In this document: piece after piece, positions 56,396 to 64,000 of the stretch
Layout of the letters: each line of letters begins with the position of its first letter
Numbering within the stretch: position 1 is the first letter of the stretch
Notes under the pieces: model-generated
What the model was told of the DNA's origin: nothing
Databases searched by the model: none
Seen by the model: the letters and a program-made list of their open reading frames with translations, nothing else
Origin: an uncultured Actinomycetota bacterium
Lineage (GTDB): Bacteria > Actinomycetota > Actinomycetes > S36-B12 > UBA10799
Length of the DNA stretch: 64,000 nt
Direction: 5' to 3'
Assembly: GCA_963732355.1 (NCBI GenBank)
Contig: CAVSZD010000007.1
Coordinates: 658,983 to 722,982 of the forward strand
Program-made: the position numbers and the translations under genes

Positions 56396-57646
56396 GTGAG
56401 CACTTGGCCCAAAGGATTGCCGCATTCCAGTGCCGAAGTCGTCGTCGTCGGGGCCGGCGCGGCGGGCCTGAGCGCCGCCCACCATCTGGCCGAGGCGGGC
56501 GTCGACGTGATGATCCTTGAGGCGAACTCGCGTGTCGGTGGCCGGATGGTGACCGACGAGGTCGACGGATTCCTGCTCGACCGCGGGTTCCAGTTGTACA
56601 ACCCCGCCTACCCCGCCGGGGCCCGGCTGCTCGACTACGAAGCCCTGGATCTGCGCTCCTTCTTCCCCGGCGCGGTCCTGCAGACCGAGGCCGGTCCGCG
56701 TTGGCTGGTGGACCCGCGCCGTGCCACCCGATCCAGCGCCCGCAACTGGCGCACCCCGCTCGGCGTGCGGGGCACGGTCCAAACCCTGCGCTACTTCGCC
56801 GGATGTGCGGTCACCGACCCGACCGAGTTGCAGCAGCGACCGGACCTGAGCACCCGGGAGGCATTCCGGGCGGCGCACATCAGCGACAAGGCCGTCAGCC
56901 GACTGCTCCAACCCTTCCTTGCCGGGGTTCTCGCCGACGAGGACCTGGTCACGAGCAGACGCTTCACCGATCTGGTGCTGCGCTCACTGGTGCGCGGAAC
57001 ACCCGCGGTCCCGGCCAGCGGCATGCAGGCGATCCCCGAACAACTGGCCAAACCCCTGCGAAGCCGTATCTTCCGCGACACCCCCGTGGTCTCGATCGCC
57101 CCGGACTCCGTCGCGACCGAAGGCGGGTCGATCTCCTGCGAGGCGGTGGTGCTCGCTGTCGACCCCACCGCGGCCAGCCGCCTTTGGCCGCAGGTGCCGA
57201 AGGCGTCGATGCGGGCACTGACCACCTGGTACTTCAGCATCGAAGAGGACGACCTCTTCGGGGGTAAGGCAGTGCTGACACTCGACGCGCGCAAACGCGG
57301 CCCTGTGACGAACACGGTGGTACTCAGCTACGCGGCCCCCAGCTACGCCCCCGACGGGCAGCACCTCGTACAAGCGACCGCCGTCGGCCTGCACGACGAG
57401 GATCCCACTCAGGTCAGACACCACCTCGCGGAGCTCTATGGCATCCCCACCGGTCACTGGCGGATGGTGGGCCACTACCCGATCGCCGAGGCGCTGCCAT
57501 CCGCCGTCGCACCGTTCACCACCCGCGGCACCCAGGAGTTCGGCGGGGTGGTCGTGGCTGGGGATCACCGGGACACCCCCTCGATCCAAGGCGCCCTGGC
57601 CAGCGGCAAACGCGCTGCCGCCGCAGTCAGGCACAGGCTGGCCTGA
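56396..57646 (+). CDS. FAD-dependent oxidoreductase (amine oxidase/phytoene desaturase-like)
   Basis: VVVVGAGAAGLSAAHHLAEAGVDVMILEANSRVGGRM dinucleotide motif, and the C-terminal GDHRDTPSIQGALASG. Start GTG 56396. Confidence 0.8.
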   Translation: MSTWPKGLPHSSAEVVVVGAGAAGLSAAHHLAEAGVDVMILEANSRVGGRMVTDEVDGFLLDRGFQLYNPAYPAGARLLDYEALDLRSFFPGAVLQTEAGPRWLVDPRRATRSSARNWRTPLGVRGTVQTLRYFAGCAVTDPTELQQRPDLSTREAFRAAHISDKAVSRLLQPFLAGVLADEDLVTSRRFTDLVLRSLVRGTPAVPASGMQAIPEQLAKPLRSRIFRDTPVVSIAPDSVATEGGSISCEAVVLAVDPTAASRLWPQVPKASMRALTTWYFSIEEDDLFGGKAVLTLDARKRGPVTNTVVLSYAAPSYAPDGQHLVQATAVGLHDEDPTQVRHHLAELYGIPTGHWRMVGHYPIAEALPSAVAPFTTRGTQEFGGVVVAGDHRDTPSIQGALASGKRAAAAVRHRLA

Positions 57647-57704
57647 GGGTCCCTTGGGCATCGCCTGCGGATGCGCTTGCCAGTAACCCACGTACGGTGG
57701 AGAC

Positions 57705-58640
57705 ATGGGTTGGAACATCGAGGACATTCCCGACATCACCGGACGCACCTACCTGATCACGGGCGCCACGTCCGGGCTGGGTTTCGAGTCGGCCAAGGCG
57801 CTGGCTGAGGCAGGCGGCGACGTCATCCTGGCCGGACGCTCGACCGAGCGCCTGGCGCAGGCGCAACGCAGCATCAACCGCGAGACCCAGAGTCTGCTCG
57901 TTGATCTTGCCGACCTCGACAGCGTGCGCAAGGCCGCCGACAACCTTCCGGTCGAACACCTCGACGTACTGATGAACAACGCCGGCATCATGGCCCCGCC
58001 TCTGGGCCGGACCGAGGACGGCTTCGAGACCCAGATCGGCACCAACCACCTGGGCCACTTCGCCCTCACTGCGCTGCTGCTGCCGAGGATGGACCCGGGC
58101 AGCGACTTGTCACGGGTCGTGACTGTCTCCAGCGGTGCTCACCGCATGGGACGCATGGACCTGGACGACCTCAACTACGAACACCGCAAATACTCGGCCT
58201 GGTCGGCGTACGGGCAGAGCAAACTGGCCAACCTGCTGTTCATGGCTGAGCTGGACCGGCGCAGCAGGGCAGCCGACTGGCATCTTCGCAGCGTGGCCGC
58301 CCATCCAGGTTTCGCGGCCACGAACCTACAGTTCTCGGGGCCCAAGATCGCGCACAACCCGGTCGGCAGGCAAGTCACGAAGCTGATGAATGCCGTGGCC
58401 GGACAATCGGCGCAATCCGGTGCCCGACCGCAGCTGTACGCCGCAACGATGGACGACGTGCGGGGCGGGGAGTACTTCGGTCCCTCCGGACCGTTCGAGT
58501 CCCGCGGAGCACCGAGCCGGGTGGGGCGTTCCTCGCAGGCCCAGGACGCCCGGATGGCGGCTATGCTCTGGGACCTCTCCGAGGAGCTGACTGGCGTGCG
58601 CTACGACTTCACAGACCGGCCGAACTCCTCAACGTCATAG
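57705..58640 (+). CDS. SDR family oxidoreductase (retinol-dehydrogenase-like)
   Basis: ITGATSGLG, NNAGIM and YGQSK catalytic motifs. Confidence 0.85.
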   Translation: MGWNIEDIPDITGRTYLITGATSGLGFESAKALAEAGGDVILAGRSTERLAQAQRSINRETQSLLVDLADLDSVRKAADNLPVEHLDVLMNNAGIMAPPLGRTEDGFETQIGTNHLGHFALTALLLPRMDPGSDLSRVVTVSSGAHRMGRMDLDDLNYEHRKYSAWSAYGQSKLANLLFMAELDRRSRAADWHLRSVAAHPGFAATNLQFSGPKIAHNPVGRQVTKLMNAVAGQSAQSGARPQLYAATMDDVRGGEYFGPSGPFESRGAPSRVGRSSQAQDARMAAMLWDLSEELTGVRYDFTDRPNSSTS

Positions 58641-59146
58641 ACCCACAACTGCGCGGGCCAGGATCGCGGTGCCAGCCCAGCCTTGCGCCACAACCCCGCG
58701 ACGAAGAGCTCGGCAGTGGGCAACTGTTCCCACACCGCAGGCAGGAAAGTACCGCGGCGCCCGGACGCGGCCACCACCGCACCGCAGCGCGGCAGCCTGT
58801 CTACGACATCGCGGTAAGAGTCGGCAGGGAACTCCCGCAACTCACCCAGTACTGAGATCTCCACGTCAACGCCTCGCAGGTCCGCAACCGGGTTGAAGCG
58901 TGGGTCGTCGAACGCGGCGGCCAAGGCGTGTTCGGCGATGTCCCGACCAAGCGACTGGTAGGCCTCGAGCGCCCCGATACATCCCAGCAACTGCCCGTCC
59001 CGGCGCAATGTGACGAAGGAGCAGCCCGGGACCGACAGGAAGTCGGGCAGAACCTGCGGCATCCGGCGGTGACCTGTGGCCAGAGCCTCCTGAATCGTCG
59101 CGATGGCCAGGTCGAGCATCTGCTCGCGTTGCTGCGCGGTGTGCAT
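58601..59146 (-). CDS. amrA: AmmeMemoRadiSam system protein A (AMMECR1 domain)
   Basis: GCSFVTLRRDGQLLGCIGAL (LRGCIG-type motif) and DPRFNPV. ATG 59146 overlaps the upstream stop. Confidence 0.85.
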   Translation of the reverse strand: MHTAQQREQMLDLAIATIQEALATGHRRMPQVLPDFLSVPGCSFVTLRRDGQLLGCIGALEAYQSLGRDIAEHALAAAFDDPRFNPVADLRGVDVEISVLGELREFPADSYRDVVDRLPRCGAVVAASGRRGTFLPAVWEQLPTAELFVAGLWRKAGLAPRSWPAQLWVYDVEEFGRSVKS

Positions 59147-59910
59147 CACACCCCCACCGTGAAGGCGCCGTAACCCACCACCCGGTCGCGCGGCCCGGCG
59201 GTGTCCCCCGAGTTGCGCAGATCCAGCAGGCGCACATCCAAGTCGAGCCGGTCTGCTGCCATCAGCATGCCTCGCAGCGGGTAGGCGCCGCATGCGTCGT
59301 CGTCCTGTATCGCTGCCCATTCACGCCCGACGATCCGCGACGCCGTGGCACAGTCCTTCTCCAGCGCCGCGTGGTACGGCAGATAGTGCGACAGGTCCGT
59401 GGACAGGACCACCACGGTCGTTGGATCGGCCAGAAATCCTTGGAGGACGTCAGCAACCTCATACGGGTCAGCACGTCCCACCAACAGTGGCAGCAGCGTC
59501 CAGCCCGGCTCCAATTGGCGCTGCAGGAAAGGCAGTTGAACCTCGAGGCTGTGCTCGGGCGCATGGGGATAGTCGTCCACGGCAACCGGAAGATCGGCTA
59601 TCGCTGCGGTGTCGATCGGCACGTCCCCCAGAGGTGTGCGCCAGACCTGCGCGGCGGGCGCGACGATGCCGGGCACAGCAACGAAGTGCGCTGGCCCGGC
59701 GAGCACGACCCGCTGGGTCTGCGCGCAGGAGCGGTAGGCGTGAGCGGCGACCGGACCCGAGAAGATGTGCCCGGCATGCGGCACGATGATCCCCTGCGGC
59801 TGAGCCGATCCCTGCGGTGCGCCAGCCAGGTAACCGTCGACCTCTTCGGCGAGGTCGATCGGGTCCAAGGTGTAGAAGCGCCCGGCGACGGCTGGTTCTC
59901 TGATCCTCAT
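59146..59910 (-). CDS. amrB: AmmeMemoRadiSam system protein B (MEMO1 family)
   Basis: REPAVAGRFY, IIVPHAGHIFSGPVAAHAY and STDLSHY motifs. The start overlaps the ligase stop (ATGA). Confidence 0.88.
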   Translation of the reverse strand: MRIREPAVAGRFYTLDPIDLAEEVDGYLAGAPQGSAQPQGIIVPHAGHIFSGPVAAHAYRSCAQTQRVVLAGPAHFVAVPGIVAPAAQVWRTPLGDVPIDTAAIADLPVAVDDYPHAPEHSLEVQLPFLQRQLEPGWTLLPLLVGRADPYEVADVLQGFLADPTTVVVLSTDLSHYLPYHAALEKDCATASRIVGREWAAIQDDDACGAYPLRGMLMAADRLDLDVRLLDLRNSGDTAGPRDRVVGYGAFTVGV

Positions 59911-61236
59911 ATCCCACCCCCTGCTAGAAGTAACCTTTCGACCTTGCCCGATGCGTTGTGCGGGATGGCGTCGAGACGCTCAATCTGCTTCGGGCGCTTG
60001 TAGGCCGCCAGCCGCCCGTCAGCCCAGCGGCCGATTTCGTCGGGGGTCGCCTGGCCGGTGTACGCGGCGCACACACGTTGCCCCCAACGTTGGTCATCGC
60101 GACCGAACACCGCGATCTCCGTCACACCTGGACACTGCGAAAGAACCGCCTCGACTTCAGCCGGGTACACATTCACGCCCCCGCTGATGATCAGATCCTC
60201 ACGCCTGCCCTCCAGGTACAGGTACCCGTCCGCAATCCGGCCGAGGTCCCCGACACTGAACGCATCGTCATCCCAGGCGGCATCGGTCTTGATTGGGTCG
60301 TTCCAGTAGGAGAACCGGGCGAACTCGGGGGTATGACACCAGATGATGCCGTCGCGGATCTCAAGATGACGACCCTGACGCGCCCGGCCCACGGTCCCTG
60401 GCCGCTGCTCCCAGTCCGAGCCTGGGCACACCGTGAACTGGCCCTCCGTGGAGCCGTAGAACTCCCACACATGCTCAACTCCGGCCCACTCGTGCGCTTG
60501 GCGTTTGAGCGCCGGTGGGCAGGCTGCCCCGGCGTGGGTGATCAACCGGTAGGGGCTACTCGGCAGTTCCAGTTCGAACAGGCGCTGGAGGTGGCTGGGC
60601 ACCAGGAACGCATGGGTCGGCCGGTGTTCTGCCAGCGCCGAAGCAACAACGGGCGCGTCGAATCCCCCGGGCAGGATGGCCTTGCCGCCGGCCTGCAACA
60701 CCAACATCGCGTAGCGCAGAGGCGCAGCATGGCACAGCGGTCCGTGAACCAGGGTGACATCTGCGGCAGTGAACTCCCACTGGTCCAACTCGTCGCGCCA
60801 CAGGGCTTCGGTGCGAGAGATCGCCGATGCCTTGCGTGTACACACCCTTCGGTCTTCCAGTGGTGCCGGACGTGTAATGCATGGGCCGTCCGAGGGGCCA
60901 CGCCGACAACTCCGGGGCGTGGCCACGCCATTCGCACAACCCCACCATCTGGGATGCGTCCTCGATCACGACCGCCGCGCCGCTGTCAGCGACGATGTGC
61001 TCGCGTTCCGCTGGCGTCAGCATTGGGTTGATCGGCACGGGGACCAGTCCGGTGCGAAGCGCCGCCGCCACGATGGCGATGGTCCGGGCCTGCAGAGCAG
61101 CTGCCTGCTGGCGCGGATAACGATGCTCAGGGGTCACCACAGCGACGCGATCGCCGGGCCGCAGACCCATTTCCCCCAAACCCCCGGCAGCGGACTGTGT
61201 CATCCGCTGGTATCGGCTGGCTTCCAGGACGAACAT
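59907..61236 (-). pseudogene. AMP-dependent synthetase/ligase (acyl-CoA-synthetase-like), interrupted by a 1-nt frameshift
   Basis: The N-terminal frame (61236 down) runs to the HYTSGTTGRPKGV AMP motif. A second frame carries ...EALWRDEL...HGPLCHAAPL...EFYGSTEG...GDLG..DGYLYLEGRREDLIISGGVNVYP...AYKRPK. The switch lies within about 60800-60850. Confidence 0.8.
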
Positions 61237-61245
61237 GACGCCAGG

Positions 61246-62349
61246 CTAGCCACGCATCCGGATGGGCAGTCGCCTGCGGCCCCAGGAACCCGCAGTGGGG
61301 GCAAAGACCCCCGGTAGCTGCGTGCCGCAGTGGGTGCAGGCGCCGGACGCGTCGAGGTCGTAGGCCAACAACTCGTACCAGTCACGCACGATGAGTGGAC
61401 GCGCACACGTCGGGCAGAACGTGGTGTCGCCGGCTGAGTCGTGGACGTTTCCCGTGTAGGCGAAGTGCACGCCTTCTGCCATCGCGATCTGCCTTGCACG
61501 GGCCAGCGCCGTGGGTGGGGTCCGGGGGACATCCAGCATCTTCCAGTCGGGGTGGAAAGCGCTGAAGTGCATCGGGACGTCCGGACCGAGGTGTTCGACC
61601 ACCCACCCGGACATACGCGTCAGTTCGTCGTCTGAGTCGTTGTGGTCCGGCACCACCAGGGTGGTCAGCTCCACCCACACGTCGGATTCCTTGACCGCCC
61701 ACTCGATCGTCTCGAGGACCGCCTGCAGATGTCCGCCGCAGACCTTGCGGTAGTAGTCCTCAGTGAAACCCTTGAGGTCGATGTTGACGGCGTCCATGGC
61801 CCCGAGCAACTCCGTCCGCGGGCCGGGCTCGATGTAGCCCGCCGTGACTGCGACGGTCTTGATACCGGCGTCCCGGCAGGCGTGGGCGGTGTCCACGGCG
61901 TACTCGAGGAAGACCACCGGATCGTTGTACGTGAACGCGACGCTGGTGCAGCCGTACCGAAGCGCAGCGTCTGCAATCGCCTGCGGGGATGCGCTGTCAG
62001 CCAGCGTGTCTATGTCGCGCGACTTCGAGATGTCCCAGTTCTGGCAGAACTTGCACGTGAGGTTGCAGCCAGCCGTCCCGAATGACAGGACAGGGGTTCC
62101 CGGCAGAAAGTGGTTCAGCGGCTTCTTCTCGATCGGGTCGATGCAGTACCCACTGGACCGGCCGTACGTGGTGGAGACGATCTGGTCGTTCTCGCGGGCA
62201 CGGACGAAACACAGTCCCCGCTGCCCCTCGTGCAGCCGGCACGCCCTCGGGCAGACATCGCACTGCACCCGCCCATCGTCGAGGAGGTGCCAGTACTTCG
62301 TCTCTGACACCTGACCCAACGACGCGCTCGTGCGCAACTGCGCCCCCAC
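61246..62349 (-). CDS. amrS: AmmeMemoRadiSam system radical SAM enzyme
   Basis: N-terminal Cys cluster (CDVCPRAC...C), PIEKKPLNHF, and the radical SAM CNLTCKFCQN (CxxxCxxC) motif. PFL-activase-like length. Confidence 0.88.
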   Translation of the reverse strand: MGAQLRTSASLGQVSETKYWHLLDDGRVQCDVCPRACRLHEGQRGLCFVRARENDQIVSTTYGRSSGYCIDPIEKKPLNHFLPGTPVLSFGTAGCNLTCKFCQNWDISKSRDIDTLADSASPQAIADAALRYGCTSVAFTYNDPVVFLEYAVDTAHACRDAGIKTVAVTAGYIEPGPRTELLGAMDAVNIDLKGFTEDYYRKVCGGHLQAVLETIEWAVKESDVWVELTTLVVPDHNDSDDELTRMSGWVVEHLGPDVPMHFSAFHPDWKMLDVPRTPPTALARARQIAMAEGVHFAYTGNVHDSAGDTTFCPTCARPLIVRDWYELLAYDLDASGACTHCGTQLPGVFAPTAGSWGRRRLPIRMRG

Positions 62350-62380
62350 ACTTCAAGGGCACCACCGCACCATCACGGTG

Positions 62381-62758
62381 TCAAGGCTGGGCTGGCTGCA
62401 CCTGCAAGTGATACGCGTAGTGGCTGTCCATGGCCAGCAGGAAGCCGCCCTGGGCCACAACGGCCGCTCCGTCCCCGCGGTAGCGCTGCTTGCGCAGCAG
62501 CCACGCACCGACACTGATGTAGCCCACATCGGCCAAGGTGTTGATCATCAGGATCTTGCGAAGGCGGGCAGGATCCGGGTCCGGTCTGCTGCGCCCGTAC
62601 ATCACGATCGCGGCGTTCACGACACCCCACGCCAGCGTCTGACGCCCGAAGGAGCGGGCGATCTGCGAATGCCCGGCGGCCCAGAGGCCACCTCCGGCGA
62701 CGATCGACGACGCCGACCAGAGGGTGAAGGTCCGCATGAGGTCCTTGGAGGTGGCCAT
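62381..62758 (-). CDS. small integral membrane protein
   Basis: 125 aa with about four hydrophobic helices. The start directly abuts the stop of the upstream Cys-rich gene. Confidence 0.6.
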   Translation of the reverse strand: MATSKDLMRTFTLWSASSIVAGGGLWAAGHSQIARSFGRQTLAWGVVNAAIVMYGRSRPDPDPARLRKILMINTLADVGYISVGAWLLRKQRYRGDGAAVVAQGGFLLAMDSHYAYHLQVQPAQP

Positions 62759-62980
62759 TCACCCCTCCACGTACGGACAATGCCGGCAACCGTTGTGGCA
62801 GCACGATCCGCGTTCGAGGTGATACGCCGCGGTCAGCACGAACAGGCCCGAGTCGGGATCGATGTAGCCGGGCTGCTGGGCGTCGACGGCCGCTGCGTGC
62901 AGATCCATTATCTGCTGACGTCGCGGGTGTTCGAGCGCAAGCCGGTCGGGATGCGGTGCCATCGGGTCAGAACGTGCCAC
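62759..62980 (-). CDS. small Cys-rich protein (DUF5522-like, C-terminal CCHNGCRHCPY)
   Basis: 73 aa. GLFVLTAAYHLERGSCCHNGCRHCPY motif. Confidence 0.65.
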   Translation of the reverse strand: MARSDPMAPHPDRLALEHPRRQQIMDLHAAAVDAQQPGYIDPDSGLFVLTAAYHLERGSCCHNGCRHCPYVEG

Positions 62981-62987
62981 CTTGCCA

Positions 62988-63620
62988 TTATTCGGGTGGT
63001 CCGACCATGTCCGCCAATGCGCCCATCAGCGGACGCATCCTCTCGAAGTTGGTGCGCACCGTCGACTGCAGTCGTCTGGTCCCCATCCAGGCCTGCGGTT
63101 CCCAGGTCCGGGTGACGTGCAGGGTTCGATGTCGAAGCAGGTCAAGGTCCGGATTGTCCTCGTCAACCCCGCGTGGCTTGGTCTTCAGTTGCTCACCGCC
63201 GACTTCGAACCCAGCCTTCGGCAGCGGCTTGAGCGTCGCCCGAAGATCAACGGCTCCCGACTCGAGGATGTGCCCCCGGAACCGTTTGACCTGCGCCGGG
63301 GTCGATCGGTACCAGCCACCGGCCACCATGAGCCCAGTTGCGCTGACTTGTAGGTACCAGCCGAGGCCGTTCTCGGCGGCGAACACACAGCCCTGGTGAT
63401 CCTTGATCGGGGCAGCGTCACGGCTGAACCGCATGTCCCGATAGGGCCGGTAGAGATGCGCCGGCCCGAACTCGGGTGCGAGATCTTCGGCGAGTTCACT
63501 GAGGGGCTCCCGGACGAACTGCTCGTACTGCGCCTTGTGTTCGGCCCAGAACTCCCTGGTGTTCTCAGCCTCGAGCCGCTCGTAGAACTCGAAGGCTTCG
63601 GCCGGTATTCCGTTGGTCAT
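62988..63620 (-). CDS. DUF2461 domain-containing protein
   Basis: FEFYERLEAENTREFWAEHKAQYEQFVREPL and YRPYRDMRFSRD...K follow the DUF2461/TIGR02453 pattern. Confidence 0.8.
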   Translation of the reverse strand: MTNGIPAEAFEFYERLEAENTREFWAEHKAQYEQFVREPLSELAEDLAPEFGPAHLYRPYRDMRFSRDAAPIKDHQGCVFAAENGLGWYLQVSATGLMVAGGWYRSTPAQVKRFRGHILESGAVDLRATLKPLPKAGFEVGGEQLKTKPRGVDEDNPDLDLLRHRTLHVTRTWEPQAWMGTRRLQSTVRTNFERMRPLMGALADMVGPPE

Positions 63621-63729
63621 GGCCCCAGAGTGCCAGCAACCAGCGACCCGAGGAACCCCGTGCGCAGCTGGCTGTGGACAGGGGCCCGGCAGGAATCCAC
63701 AGGGCGACCGGCGCCGCTACTGTCTGAGC

Positions 63730-64000
63730 ATGGTTGGGGATCAGGGCCTGACAGCGCGCGTGGCTGCGGCCTCCGCGGGACGCGACCGGGTTCTGGACGC
63801 CGTCAAGGCGATCGCACTTCTGATCGTGATTGTGGGTCACAGCCTGGCATGGCACGTACGCCCGGACGCCTCCGCGGTGAACGTGCTGGAGGACGCCCAC
63901 GCCCTGATCCCTCTGACCTGGATATTCCAGGTTCTGCCTCTGTTCTTCGCCGCTGGCGCGGTCTCCAATGCCGCGTCGTTGGCCCGGCATGGGCGCACCG
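63730..64000 (+). CDS. acyltransferase family (acyltransferase_3) membrane protein, N-terminal part (3' end outside window)
   Basis: ATG 63730 opens a frame that is still open at the window end: GRDRVLDAVKAIALLIVIVGHSLAW...PLFFAAGAVS, the typical OafA-like N-terminus. Not in the supplied ORF track because no stop is reached. Confidence 0.7.
   Translation, partial: MVGDQGLTARVAAASAGRDRVLDAVKAIALLIVIVGHSLAWHVRPDASAVNVLEDAHALIPLTWIFQVLPLFFAAGAVSNAASLARHGRT

Overview
High-GC actinobacterial chromosomal segment. Lineage markers are mshD plus mycoredoxin (mycothiol), GlnR, GpgS and GlgA/GlgC. From memory, local gene order echoes Mycobacterium Rv0818-0820, Rv1208-1213, Rv2984-2985 and Rv3600c-3603c.

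I support about 75 protein-coding genes, one tRNA-Thr(UGU) and one SAM-I riboswitch. The genes are densely packed, and many are joined by 4-nt ATGA/GTGA stop-start overlaps.

Functional blocks:
- Phosphate and polyphosphate: pstSCAB, then ppk1, a CYTH/CHAD protein and mutT1, then mshD and glnR.
- Glycogen and glucosylglycerate: gpgS, glgA, glgC, pgm.
- Cofactors: panC, nadB, nadC and coaX in one co-directional run.
- A three-gene AmmeMemoRadiSam set with an AMP-dependent ligase inserted between the radical SAM enzyme and the Memo-like protein.

I saw no transposase, integrase, phage gene, CRISPR-cas locus or recognisable defence gene, so this looks like core chromosome rather than an island.

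Features not explained by ordinary annotation:
1. A dispersed ~68-bp nested-palindrome element occurs at five intergenic loci, three of which are local tandem duplications.
2. A second repeat family forms a ~420-bp compound tandem array between the polyP operon and the pstS promoter.
3. Three genes (thrC-family, a methyltransferase, the AMP-ligase) are each broken by an apparent single extra nucleotide.
4. A SAM-I riboswitch controls a threonine-synthase-family gene.
5. An RsiG-like protein has His in place of Gln in both putative c-di-GMP motifs.

All family assignments rest on motif recognition by eye. No database search was run.
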